Positions 42,734 to 62,046 of a DNA stretch of 64,000 nt are shown here, piece after piece. Below the pieces are notes generated by a model. It saw only the letters and a program-made list of their open reading frames with translations, was not told where the DNA came from and made no database searches. The stretch is taken from assembly GCA_002269645.1 (NCBI GenBank), contig NIVC01001461.1, forward strand, positions 1-64,000, given 5' to 3'. This stretch comes from Macrostomum lignano. Taxonomy: Eukaryota. Position 1 is the stretch's first letter; every line of letters starts with the position of its first letter. Both the position numbers and the translations under genes were made by a program.

Positions 42734-42782
42734 CTTGCTGTGTGCAATGGCGACTCGGGCTTTGCTTGACAGAGTTGACGCG

Positions 42783-43326
42783 ATCGGGATGTTGCTAGGC
42801 AAGATCGGGATGTTGCTGGGCAGGATTGGGATGTTGTTAGGCGGGATTCGGATGTTGCTAGGCAAGATCGGGATGTTGCTGGGCGGGATTGGGATGTTGC
42901 TAGGTGGGATTCGGATGTTGCTAGGTGGGATCGGGATGTTGTTAGTCGGGATTGGGATGTTGCTAGGCAGGATCGGGATGTTGCTAGGCAGGATTGGGAT
43001 GTTGCTAGGCAGGATCGGGATGTTGTTAGTCGGGATTGGGATGTTGCTAGGCAGGATCGGGATGTTGTTAGTCGGGATTGGGATGTTGCTAGGCAGGATC
43101 GGGATGTTGTTAGTCGGGATTGGGATGTTGCTAGGCAGGATCGGGATGTTGTTAGGCAGGATTGGGATGTTGCTAGGCAGGATCGAGATGTTGCTAGTCG
43201 GGATTGGGATGTTGCTAGGCGGGATCGGGATGTTGCTAGGCGGGATTGGAATGTTGCTAGGCGGGATTGGGATGTTGCTAGGCAAGGCGGGATCGGGATG
43301 TCGCTAGGCGGGATTGGGATGTTGCT
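42783..43326. repeat. 21-bp minisatellite just after the PRIM1 stop (probable 3' UTR)
   Basis: Unit GGGATGTTGCTAGGCAGGATC; candidate signals ATTAAA (43343) and AATAAA (43560) lie downstream of it. Confidence 0.93.
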
Positions 43327-43892
43327 ATAGTCGTAATGTGTTATTAAAATATTGCACATATTTGTGAATGTTGAGTAAAATTTACATAAATTTGCATTTC
43401 ACTGTGAGCCAGCACGCATGTATTTGTATTGGTCTTTAAACTAATTTTTGGTATAAGGCGCATGTTATTATTATTATTATACAAATTCAGGACAGTTTGC
43501 ACTTTAAAATATAGACTTAGCATTTGCTCCTATTAGTGCCCCTACCCCGTGCATTTTCTAATAAACTAAGTTCGCCAAAGCAATGCGGCGTTTCAATGTG
43601 CTCAAACAGTTTTACATTATGAAGCAAATTGCGAATGTTTTTGTTTAACTTATTTAATACATTGAGCCAAAGCCGCTCCAGAAATAAGCCGAATTTTTCT
43701 TTTCATAGCTCGAAATTATGTAATTATTCTGTGTCCTACCGATCTTTCTACCTGTCTGTCTGTGTGTCTGTCTGTCTGCATTCTGCCTAGATAATGCCTA
43801 GATAATGTCTAGCTTTATTCAGTTATTGCAATCAGTCAAAGAATCGCGAATTTAAATAATAAGTATCTAACAGTACATATTCTCTCTTCCTG

Positions 43893-50776
<6,884 letters not shown>

Positions 50777-50929
50777 CGCTGCTGGGATACTTTGAGGCTT
50801 ATCATCTGATTTTCCACTTGCTCAGCTTGCAGCTGGAGTTCCGTGTCATGAGCATTTCACCTCTGCTTAAGCCATTGATTGGCCGTTATTGACCCATAGT
50901 ATATTCATAATGGAGTCTGTTCACTTATT

Positions 50930-51220
50930 GTTAGGTCATAGTTGAGTCTTAGCTGACTCATGGTTAACCCATATTTAAGTCATAGTTGACCCATATTTGA
51001 GTCATAGTTGACCCATATTTGAGTCAATTGACCCATATTTGAGCCATAGTTGACCCATAGTTTGGGTCAAAGTTGACCTATAGTGTGAGTCATATTTGAC
51101 CCATATTTGAGTCATAGTTGAGTAATATTTGAGTCATATTTTGAGTCATAGTTGAGTCATAATTGACCATAGTTGAGTCATAATTGACCCATGGTTGAGT
51201 CATAATTGACCCATATTTGA
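50930..51220. repeat. ~22-bp degenerate minisatellite (GAGTCATAGTTGACCCATATTT); resumes at 53137-53195
   Basis: The array is split by the 51221-53136 element. Confidence 0.85.
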
Positions 51221-53136
51221 CCCGCCTGGCTGTCGGTACCCGGTATTTACCCGGCCTTCATCCGGTTTAATCCGTAATTTTAGACTTTTCCGGACGAAAA
51301 TGAATTTTTATCCGGTTTTGATCCGGCAGTTCTTACCGGACTAACAAACGGAGGAAACTCCGGAGCAAAACCGGATTAAAGTGTTTTTATTGATCACATT
51401 TTATCCGGATTGTGTCCGATTCCTGCTCCGGTCGATCAGCGGATGAAAACCGGACTGCCAACCGGAATAAGAAGCGGATGAAAGTCGGATGAATCATAAC
51501 TTTCTACCCGGAGTTGTTCCGGTTTTTTATCCGGCTGTGAATCCGGCTTACAGTGATAAACTTCCGGATAGTGAAACGGACAAAATCCGGATGAGGGAGT
51601 TCACTTGAAGTCAATGTCAATTTTCAGCGCACAAGGCTCAAAAATGGACCGGGAGAAGCAAAACGCGGACTGCGGCTCAAATACCACGAAAAAGACTGCC
51701 GATTGGACATGTGCCCGTTGTTTACTTCTGTACCCGAATCTATTAACCAGATGCCACCGGGCATCAATGTTGACAGGAAATTTTATTGATCATGCCATGT
51801 CTATTTATTGTACTGTTTACAATACCCGTTGGAAATATTTGCATCTAATTAAACTGGCGCTGGCCCTACAATTTTTTTCAGCGGCATTCGCCCATGTATG
51901 TGTTGGGATAAAAGTTATATAGATCGCCTTACTGTTTCGATTAAAGCCTTTATAATCCTCTGTTTTAATTACCGAAAGCCAGTGGCCCGTCCAAGGGGGG
52001 GGGGGGGCTAGGGGGCCCAGGCCCCCCCTGTAAAGCCATGGGCCCCCCATTGGCCCCCCACTTTCAGTTTTTTTACCTTAGCTGTTGAAACCCGCGGATT
52101 TTGAACATGTGGAATTCTGATCCCCGGAATTATTTTCGCTTATATCTCCCCTCTTCTCTCGTCCATCTTCCCTCACCTCTTCTCTTTCGTCTCTACTCTC
52201 TCCTCCCTCTCATCTCTCACCTCTCCTGCTCTCCCATCTCCTCTTCTTTCTACTCTCTCCCTTCTCCATTCTTCTCTTTCCTCTCCTCCCTCTTCTCTCC
52301 CTTCCCCTCTCTTCTTGTCCTCTCGATTCTCCCCCTTTTTTCTCCTTTCTCCTCCCATCCACTCCACTTCTCTCCCACTGTCTCTCATGTCTGCTCTCAC
52401 ATATTTCTCTTCCCTCTCCTCTCTCCTCTGTTCTAGCTCTACTGTCACATTTCTTGTCTCTGCTCTCTCATCTCTCCTTTCCCCTCTTTCATCTCTCCTA
52501 TCTCATCTCTTCTCTCTTCTTTCATCCTTCCTCTCTCTTCTCTCCCCTCTCCTGATCGGCCCCCATCCTGAAACCTCTGGACGCGCCCCTGCCGAAAGCT
52601 TTCTACTAGTAAGCTTCTCTAGAGCTCCTCGCTTGTTCATACAGATACGAGCAGAATCATAGCAGGAGCAGCAGCTATAGATAGGAGCAGGAGCCGTAGC
52701 TATAATAGCCGCCACATAGTGCAATTTTTGTGCCAAACCTTTGGAAGCCGCTGTAAAGAGCACAAATTAAGGCTGAGTAATAAGCATCTAGAATGTCCAT
52801 TATTATCCGACGACAGTATACAGGTATCCATACATTTGATCCGGAAATGGCTCCGGTTTCTTATCCGGCTGTAACATCCATACATTTCATCCGGTTTTCA
52901 TCCGGAATTGGCTCCGCTCTCCCATCCGGCTTCCTCCGGATTACTTATCGGGCAATAACCGGACACACAGCCGGATACCAAACCGGATAAACGTCATATT
53001 TTCAACACTTTCATCCGTTTTGTAAACTTTTCGTCCGGTTTTCGTCCGTTTTTTTTGCATGTAAATTTGCTATTCCTGCCGGATTAAACTCCGGACAACA
53101 CATCGGATAAAAGACGGCTAAATTCAGCCCGGCGGG
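51221..53136. mobile_element. Non-autonomous DNA transposon, CMC/EnSpm-like
   Basis: Termini CCCGCCTGGCTG / CAGCCCGGCGGG (11/12), 2-bp TSD GA, and dense ATCCGG/CCGGAT subterminal repeats at both ends. CCC termini with a 2-bp TSD are typical of animal CMC-EnSpm elements. Confidence 0.72.
51980..52591. mobile_element. hAT-type MITE (612 bp) with CT-rich interior, nested in the EnSpm-like element
   Basis: TIR CAGTGGCCCGTCCAA / CTGGACGCGCCCCTG (12/15). Perfect 8-bp TSD CCGAAAGC (51972-51979, 52592-52599). Confidence 0.85.
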
Positions 53137-53703
53137 GAGTCATTTGACCGATATTTGAATCATTTTGACCCAATTTGAGTCATATTTAACCTATATTATA
53201 GCGTTAATTAACGTTTTGAACTGAATTGGAATAAATATACGGATAATATATCAAAAACTAACCCTTAATTTTGGTAATATCTGATTACTTGTGTGGATGC
53301 GTTAGCAATCCTTGACTCGTTAAACTCTTGTCTACTTATTGTGAACTGATGGCTGCTTTTAAAGTTTTGACTTGTCATGGTTTTTTCAATGATTTGGCAT
53401 TTCTGTTGCCTCAATTCTCAACTGCCTTCAATAATAGCAAGATTTTCAAAGCTTTTTTTAATAGAAAAAAGTTTCGCCCTGTAAATTTCTGCTGCTCCAT
53501 TGCTGGAGCAACGCGCTGGATTTGGATAGAAAAAATGCGAACGAAAGGCTTTGGTCTGTTTTGATTTCATTTGTTATTTAGGTGAAATATTCTGCAGATA
53601 TTCTTGCATTTCTACTAGCAGTAGCAACATCAGTAGTTTGTTTCAAGTAAATTCATCAAATCCTATTTACACTGCAGCAGTTCGAGCAGAAAATTTAGTT
53701 GCT

Positions 53704-55107
53704 ATGGGCAACGAGTCCAGCAGCGGCGGCGGAGCTTCATCAGACAGGCGCCAGCATCCCGGAGGCTCGTCATCGGCGGCCGGCAAAGCCGCGCCCAGCC
53801 ACCAGTATTCGGTCAACAGGCCGATTGGCAGCGACTCCAGCCCGCCCCAGTCAAACTTTAATCTCCATGGCAACTCGGCTGCTGCCAACACCGCGGCAGC
53901 TCCGGCGAGCGGCAGTTCGTCTACTGCGGACGATGGCAAACATCGCATTGTGGTGGTGAACTCCGGCCCCAGGCCCGACAGCGCCGCCGTTAGCGACGAG
54001 TTGCGCGCGCTTGGCACTCTGCCAACTTTTATGCCGCTGATAAAATCGTCGGCCACGTCGACCGGACACGCCTTGGACAGCTCGGCGTCGGCGGCTCCGG
54101 CCGCTGAGCGAGTGGACCACCGCAGCCTGCTGCACTTCTGCGCCCGCTACCAGGAGCACCTGAAGCAGTGCGCCGAGGCCGTGGCGTTCGATCAGAACTC
54201 GCTGTGCGGCCGCATCAAGGAGCTGGAGGCCGGGTCTAAGTCCATTCACGACAGCCTGCAGGAGCGGCACAAGAAGTTCCAGCGGCTGGCCGAGCAAATT
54301 CACAAGGTCACTGAGCTGAGGAGCATGCTTACCAGGATGCGGAGTCACGCAAAGTGAGGGGCATGCCTGGCTACTGTGGCTAGTCTGAGTTTGAAACTGG
54401 ATTCTGGCATTTATGTTTGATTCTGTAATCTATCGGTCAGATTCTGTAATCTGTTGGTCGGATTCTGTAATCTATCAGTTAGTCAGATTCTGTAATCAGT
54501 TAGTCAGATTCTGTAATCTGTTGGTCGGATTCTGTAATCTATTGGTCAGATTCTGTCATCTATTGATCAGATTCTGTAATTTGTTGGTCAGATTCTGTAA
54601 TCTATTGATCAGATTCTGTAATCTATTAGTCGGATTCTGTAATCTATTGATCAGATTCTGTAATCTATTAGTCGGATTCTGTAATCTATTGGTCAGATTC
54701 TGTAATATATTGGTTAGATTCTGTAATCTATTGGTCAGATTCTGTAACATATTAGTCGGATTCTGTAGTCTATTGTTCGGATTCTGTAATACGCTTATAT
54801 TATTTACGCATAAGTGATCCGTATATTAAAAGTTTAATTATCTTCAGGGTAGATTCAGTCTGTGCCCTGCAGTCAGTTGCAGCTTCACCCCGCGGCCCCC
54901 CTTTTCAGGCACCTCGGCGCCCTGATGGAGGAGCTGAACTCCGCTCTGCCAGCCGACTGCCAGCTGGAGCCGTTTTCCTGGCAGTCCACCCTGCCGCAGC
55001 AGCAGCAGTCTGACAGCTCTGCTGTTTCCTCTGCAGCAGCAGCAAGTCGCGCTGCCGGAGCCTCGAATGCCTCCACGCCAAGCCCTGCGAATTCTCTATT
55101 AGATTGA
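53704..55107 (+). CDS. BORCS5: BLOC-1-related complex subunit 5 (myrlysin / LOH12CR1)
   Basis: Exons 53704-54353 and 54909-55107 (phase 2). MGNESS myristoylation-type start; motifs IVVV, LPTFMPLIK, RYQEHLKQCAEAVAFDQNSLCGRIKE, EQIHKVTEL, LNSALP...LEPFS. Confidence 0.93.
54415..54790. repeat. 21-bp minisatellite, BORCS5 intron
   Basis: Unit GATTCTGTAATCTATTGGTCA. Confidence 0.93.
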
Positions 55108-55149
55108 ATTGATCAGCAGCAACATTGAATATCCACCGCCTCGTACCCA

Positions 55150-55292
55150 TGAAGGCGCAGAGATGAAGCCTGCGTGAGTACAGTATTGTCGCGCCTGTGT
55201 GTGTTCAGGAGTCTGCGGAATGGGCAGATTGCCTCAGCGCTTTAGTTGTGGGACGATGTCGCCAAAGACGTTGCAGCAAGGTGCCCTGCCAT
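55150..55292 (+). mobile_element. Diverged SINE-body fragment after the BORCS5 stop
   Basis: TCAGGAGTCTGCGGAATGGGCAGATTGCCTC...AAGGTGC resembles SINE copy 2 (TCAGGGGAGTCGGCGGAATGGGCAGTAATGCCTC...AAGGTGC). Confidence 0.45.
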
Positions 55293-55332
55293 GCATCATT
55301 GTCATTACACAGTGAAAGGGTGAGCTGCGCTA

Positions 55333-56252
55333 ATTAAGCAGTGGATAGACAGGGCAGACAGATGAATTAAGCAGTGGATAGACACTGCAGACAGATGAAT
55401 TAAGCAGTGGATAGACACTGCAGACAGATGAATTAAGCAGTGGATAGACAGGGCAGACAGATGAATTAAGCAGTGGATAGACACTGCAGACAGATGAATT
55501 AAGCAGTGGATAGACACTGCAGACAGATGAATTAAGCAGTGGATAGACACTGCAGACAGATGAATTAAGCAGTGGATGGACAGTGCAGACAGATGAATTA
55601 AGCAGTGGATAGACACTGCAGACAGATGAATTAAGCAGTGGATAGACACTGCAGACAGATGAATTAAGCAGTGGATGGACAGTGCAGACAGATGAATTAA
55701 GCAGTGGATAGACACTGCAGACAGATAAATTAAGCTGTGGATAGACACTGCAGACAGATGAATTAAGCAGTGGATAGACAGTGCAGACAGATGAATTAAG
55801 CAGTGGATAGACACTGCAGACAGATGAATTAAGCTGTGGATAGACACTGCAGACAGATGAATTAAGCAGTGGATAGACAGTGCAGACAGATGAATTAAGC
55901 AGTGGATAGACACTGCAGACAGATGAATTAAGCAGTGGATAGACAGTGCAGACAGATGAATTAAGCAGTGGATAGACACTGCAGACAGATGAATTAAGCT
56001 GTGGATAGACACTGCAGACAGATGAATTAAGCAGTGGATAGACAGGGCAGACAGATGAATTAAGCAGTGGATAGACACTGCAGACAGATGAATTAAGCAG
56101 TGGATAGACACTGCAGACAGATGAATTAAACAGTGGATAGACACTGCAGACAGATGAAATAAGCAGTGGATAGACACTGCAGACGGATGAATTAAGCAGT
56201 GGATAGACACTGCAGACAGATGAATTAAGCAGTGGATAGACAGTGCAGACAC
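55333..56252. repeat. 33-bp minisatellite between BORCS5 and EEFSEC
   Basis: Unit GACAGATGAATTAAGCAGTGGATAGACACTGCA, ~28 copies. Confidence 0.97.
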
Positions 56253-57740
56253 ATAAGCTACTGTAGTCAAGCCTCACAACGAACTCCCTTTTATAGAAAT
56301 TTTCACTCTTGTTTTGCTTATTCTGGCTCATAAAAATTCAATAATCAGGACAGTGATTGCGGAATCAACGATTTTAAATTACCCAATTAACGCTGGATCC
56401 AAGAGACAAGCAGATTGGCAATAATGCATGATATTGATCGATCATTCGCTTTAATTTAAAATATTGTTAATTAAGATTCCAAGTCACTTAATACCTGTGC
56501 TAACTGATTTATTACTGTTTGCAACTTGTCACTATACATTTGTCAATATTGTGAATATATTGCTTAAATATATCTTAGTACTGGTTTTATACAGACTGCT
56601 TATTAATTATAAAAGATTTGACTGAATTAATGTCGATTTCCGCTGGCCCAGTTCGATCGGCGCTAAGTTAAGCAAAGTTGGTAGCGGTTAGTAAGCAACA
56701 TACCACTAACAAGTGGCAAATACAGCTGAAGTGGCAAGAATCGCTAAAGAGTGACTCTAGCGACTCTCTGGGGGCAACACTTGCGACTTTTTAACGACTC
56801 AAACTACTGCAATGCGACGGAGAGGCGGGAAAAAATTTGATCTTTGTTGGCGCTTAACTTTCTAATTCATCAAGTGACGCAGATGCGCTTTAGAGGCAAC
56901 TCAGTGCTTCTACAGCGACTCTGGCACGCCTCAGCTAGAAATGACCACAGATACTAGAATAACTAGATAAGCCACTCAGCACATTTGCGAGTAAGCTACT
57001 TTCAGTTCAGTAGTAGGTTAGACAAGCATTTTAACGTATTTGTAAAGCCAAGGCTACTTTATTGGCTCCTACCCCCCCCCCCCCAGCTTAAACCCTCCAA
57101 CCGCGCCCTTCCACCCTACCCCCTCCGCCCCACCCCAATTTTTATTGCTTTTCTCGGAATTCTACCCTAAAGCTGCGATGTACATATTTCAGTGGACTGG
57201 TTAATGTACATTACTGCTGAACAAATTAGCAAGTTGTTTACGCCTGCAAGCTTGGGCTTGTAAACTTATCAACGTTATTTCAGCTGCCTCTATTTTTATA
57301 AAATAGCTTATGTATTCTTTTTTGCTACTGAACTGAAAGTAGGAAGCTGTTTTACTAAGTATATATGGCTGAGTGGCCCATCTAGTTATTTTTTAATATC
57401 CGTGGATATGACTCTACGGCCCCAGAGTCACTAGCGTCACGGCGTTTCATAGTTCAGGCAATAAAAGACTCTTTGACGACTTTTACCGTGACGTCTCGTG
57501 GTTTTAGAGTCGTCTAGAGTCACTTCTTTCCTATTTTGTACCTGCGTTACTTGCAATGAGTCTGGGGCGCTTCTCGGCCTAAGTCTATTGTTGGCACTTC
57601 ACAAGCTGTACACAGCAGGCCACACCTGGTCACCTTTAGCGGGTCAGGCACCTCAGGATTCTAGCTATCAGATTGAAAAATACTTCGCAGAGACTGCAAT
57701 GATTTGTGGCCGCCTTGCAGCTGTGCCCGGCACTGAAGGC

Positions 57741-60700
57741 ATGCCGCTGAACGTGAACATTGGCGTGCTGGGTCACGTGGACAGCGGCAAGACCTCGCTG
57801 TCCAAGGCGCTAAGCACCCAGGCCAGCACGGCCAGCTTCGACAAGAATCCGCAGAGTCAGGAGCGCGGCATCACCCTGGACCTGGGCTTCTCAACTTTCA
57901 GCGTGTCTTTTGCTGACGAAGACTCTTCCGCCACTGGCAGCTCCTGGCGGCGGCTGCCGGCCGAACTGTCCGAGCGCTGGGGCCGACCGGCCGAATTGCA
58001 GTTCACACTGGTTGACTGTCCCGGACACGCATCGCTTATTCGCGCGGTCATCGGCGGTGCCCAGATTATCGACGCGGTGATGCTGGTTGTGGACGCTACT
58101 AAGGGCATCCAGACCCAGACTGCAGAGTGCCTGGTGCTGGCCGAGATCGTCTGCTCCTGCCTGCTGCTTGTCATCAATAAGGTGCAGAGTGCGAACTCAC
58201 TGTTATTTGTTTAGTCTTTGTGTAAGCACTTTCTCAGCAGGATTTAAGATTATCTAGGGGAATTTTTCAGCAGGATTTAAGATTCTCTAGCGGAATTTCT
58301 CAGTAGGATTTAAGATTCTGTAAGGGAATTTTTCTGTTAGGATTTGAAATTCTCTAGAGGAATTTTTCAGTGGGTTTCAAGATTGCCTAGGGGAATTTCC
58401 CAGACAATTCCACTGCCAAGCGGTTCATCGCAGGTGGATCTCCTCCCGGAAGCGGAGCGCGACCGCTCCCTGGACCGGCTGAGCAAGCGCCTGCTGAAGA
58501 CCCTGGCCGGCACGAAGTTCGCCAACTGTCCCGTGGCAGCCGTGGCCGCCAGCCCGTCGGGAGGCGACGCACCCGACGCCGCCGCTCCCGAGCCTATCGG
58601 CCTGGCGAATCTCGTCAAGCAGCTGGTTGCCACCGCGCCGGTGCCCACTCGAAGCCCCGCCGGTCCGTTTCTATTCGCCGTGGACCACTGCTACGGCATC
58701 CGCGGCCAGGGCACCGTGCTGACCGGCACCGTCCTGGCCGGCTGCGTTCGCGTTGGCGACACCGTGGAGGTCGCGCACGAGCAGCGTCGAGTCAAAGGGA
58801 TGCAGGTGAGGCTGGGATCGGCTGTCTGGCTGGAGGGGGCAGTCATAGGGTGGGGGCATTGAAAATATGTTTTTTCTGCATGGGTGTGTTCGGCGGCAGG
58901 TCAGCTCGTATGTATTTATCTTTGTGGAAAAGTAGTATTAACAGTAAGTAGTATCAGTAGTAGTATTACTAATAGTAGTAGTAGTACTAATAGTAGTAGT
59001 AGTAGTACTAATAGTAGTAGTAGCACTAATAGTAGTAGTAGTAATAATAGTAGTAGTGGTATTAGTAGTAGTAATAATAATAGCAGTAGTAGTAGTAGTA
59101 GTGGTAGTACTATAGTATTAGTAGTACTAATTGTAGTAGGTAATAGTATTAATAGTAGTAATAGTATTAATGGTACTATCAGTAGTACTAATAGTAGTAG
59201 TATTAGTGGTAGTAGTGATATTACTAATATTATTAGTATTACTAATTGTAGTAGTACTAATATAGTAGTAGCAGTAGTAGCATCATTTTGCACTAAAAGG
59301 TTTTGAGTTGCTCGTGGACCCAGAATGTCACAGCCCTAACAGTAGTATAGCTGTAATATGCTCGCATTATTACTAAGCCAAGCCCCCCCCCCAACTCAGG
59401 TATTCCGCAAGCCGGTCGATTTCGCTCAGCAGGGCGACCGGCTGGGCCTCTGCGTCACCCAGCTGGACCCGCGCCTGCTCGAGCGCGGCCTGGTGTGCGC
59501 GCCCGGCTCCGTGCCCACCATCCACGCCCTGCTGCTGCCGGTGTCTCCGGTGCCGCACTACAAACTGCCTGTGCGCTCCAAGTCCAAGCTGCACGTCAGC
59601 CTCGGTCACGAGACCGCCATGGCCAGCCTGCTGCTGTTCCAGGCGCCGCGGCCCGACCAGCCGCTGGCCGAGCAGTTCTGCGAATACCTGGACGAGGCCA
59701 GCATGCGGGACTGCCCGCCCGGCCTGCACGCCCTGCTGGAGTTTGAGCGGCCTGTTCTGGTGAGTCTTGATCGGGGAGTAGCGTCTGACACAGGCTCTGA
59801 CATACTGGGGAATTGTAATCTGACACAGGCTCTGACATATTGGGGAATTGTAATCTGACACAGGCTCTGACATATTGGGGAATTGTAGTCTGACACAGCC
59901 TCTGACATATTGGGGAATTGTAATCTGACACAGGCTCTGGCATATTGGGGAATTGTAATCTGATACAGGCTCTGACATACTGGGGAATTCTAATCTGACA
60001 CAGGCTCTGACATATTGGGGAATTGTAGTCTGACACAGCCTCTGACATATTGGGGAATTGTAATCTGACACAGGCTCTGACATATTGGGGAATTGTAATC
60101 TGACACAGGCTCTGACATATTGGGGAATTGTAATCTTACACAGGCTCTGACATATTGGGGAATTGTAGTCTGACACAGCCTCTGACATATTGGGGAATTG
60201 TAATCTGACACAGGCTCTGACATATTGGGGAATTGTAATCTGACACAGGCTCTGACATATTGGGGAATTGTAATCTTACACAGGCTCTGACATATTGGGG
60301 AATTGTAGTCTGACACAGCCTCTGACATACTGGGGAATTGTAATCTGACACAGGCTCTGACATATTGGGGAATTGTAATCTGACACAGGCTCTGACATAT
60401 TGGGGAATTGTAATCTGACACAGGATCTGGCATATTGGGGAATTGTAATCTGATACAGGCTCTGACATATTGGGGAATTCTAATCTGACACAGGCTCTGA
60501 CATATTGGGGAATTCTAATCTCATACATTCTCCGACATACTGGGGAATTGTAATCTGACAGGCTCTGACATATTGAGGAATTCTGATCTGACATTAGGGG
60601 AATATTCTATCCAACGAGACTTTGAGCTTATATCTCTATCCCACAGTAACAGAAACCACAGCGTACAATATCCCAGTTATGAATATGAAATCCCATTACG

Positions 60701-61670
60701 CAACAATAATTCTCCCAGGCCCCGCCCAGCGCCACGGTGATAGTCTCCAAGCTGGACGTGGACATCAACCAGAACGTGTGCCGCATCGCCATGCACGGCC
60801 GGCCGCTGGAGCTGCTCACCTCAGCCGACTATCGCACTGCTCAGCTGCCCAAACTCGTTCGAGTCTACCGGCCAAAGTGTCGGCGAGGCCGGCTGGACCG
60901 GGTCAAGGACCCCTACACCGTGGTGGTGACTGGATTGTTTCGAAAGGAGACCGCGCTTGATGTCTTTATTGGACTGCAGGTGCGCGATTCGGGGGGGGGA
61001 AGGCTTCGATGTCACTGATCTCTTTGTCTCGGGGTATCTGTGAGACTTTAATTCAGTTCTGTGATTCTGATTCACTTCTATGAGATTCTGATTCACTTCT
61101 ATGAGATTCTGATTCACTTCTATGAGATTCTGATTCACTTCTATGAGATTCTGATTCACTTCTATGAGATTCTGATTCACTTCTATGATATTCTGATTCA
61201 CTTCTATGAGATTCTGATTCACTTCTATGAGATTTTGATTCACCTCTCTGAGATTTTGATTCACCTCTCTGAGATTTTGAAATCTTCTTACAAGACTGTG
61301 ATCTATCTATACAAGATTGTCTATCGATATTATGACAGGCTTCGAGCAATCTCTTTGATATATGAGATTTTGATGGAATCTCAGCTGTGACACTTTCATC
61401 CATCCGTGACGCCTGCCCCACCCCCCGGAACCCCAGGTGTCCCTGTCCACAGGACAGCAGGGCCGCATCGAGGGCTCATTCGGGCAGAGCGGCAAGTGCA
61501 CAGTCCGCATGTCGGAGCCCCTGTCGGACGAATTCTGCCAGCGCTACGGCGGCGGCAAGCGCGCCAAAAAAGGCGCCAGCGGCGGCGACGGCGCCTCGGA
61601 GCCGGTCGAGGTTTGCCTGAACTTCAAGCGGCTGCTGTTCGACCCGCAGAGGAAGATGACTCAGACCTGA
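57741..61670 (+). CDS. EEFSEC: Selenocysteine-specific elongation factor (eEFSec / SelB)
   Basis: Exons 57741-58181, 58434-58805, 59400-59759, 60719-60979, 61437-61670, all phase 0. Motifs NVNIGVLGHVDSGKTSLSKALS, RGITLDLGFS, LVDCPGHASLIR, NK|VD, FAVDHCYGIRGQGTVLTGTV, QGDRLGLCVTQ, LGHET, CRIAMHG, GSFGQSGK. Confidence 0.96.
58240..58400. repeat. Degenerate 33-bp repeat, EEFSEC intron 1
   Basis: GGATTTAAGATT(A/C)TCTAG(G/C)GGAATTT..CAG(C/T)A, ~5 copies. Confidence 0.75.
58930..59280. repeat. (AGT)n low-complexity tract, EEFSEC intron 2
   Basis: Read directly. Confidence 0.9.
59785..60595. repeat. 35-bp minisatellite, EEFSEC intron 3
   Basis: Unit CTGACACAGGCTCTGACATATTGGGGAATTGTAAT. Confidence 0.95.
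61063..61280. repeat. 21-bp minisatellite, EEFSEC intron 4
   Basis: Unit CTATGAGATTCTGATTCACTT. Confidence 0.93.
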
Positions 61671-61870
61671 TTTGAGTTGCCGCTCAGTCGGACTCCGTGA
61701 CATTGGATTGATTTAAACTGTTACGTCTATACTGTAATTTTATTATTTCAGCCGCATTTTGCATCTTGCTACTGTTAGTAGGTGAAATTGAATGATTTTC
61801 GTATATAGTACTATTTGCATGAAGCATATTTAGCCGGATCTGTTTCAATTGTTATGCGAGTTGCGCCTCA

Positions 61871-61876
61871 AATAAA
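61871..61876 (+). terminator. Candidate poly(A) signal for EEFSEC
   Basis: AATAAA 200 nt after the stop, followed by GT/T-rich sequence; 170 nt upstream of the XPF acceptor. Confidence 0.55.
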
Positions 61877-62046
61877 TGGCCAATTAACTGTATTCGAGAT
61901 GTCTGTGTACCGACTGTCCTTGTGGCGGGTGCATCTTTTATAAGTTAAAAAATGGCTATGAATGAATCTCTCTTTGACATTCTAACTGTTCATTTCTCAT
62001 TCATTAATACACCGGATCTGCATTTACATAAACTGGCCAATTCCAG

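Noticed and set aside
53551-53703. N-terminal extension of BORCS5
   Set aside because: The family needs an N-terminal Met-Gly for myristoylation, which matches the ATG at 53704; the upstream sequence is AT-rich and looks non-coding.
57498-57740. N-terminal extension of EEFSEC from the ORF track
   Set aside because: Homology starts at MPLNVNIGVLGH (57741); the upstream frame uses a GTG start and is not conserved-looking.
55108-61900. SECIS element or tRNA-Sec near EEFSEC
   Set aside because: No in-frame UGA-Sec in any gene model and no recognisable SECIS core or tRNA-Sec by eye; not formally excluded without a search.
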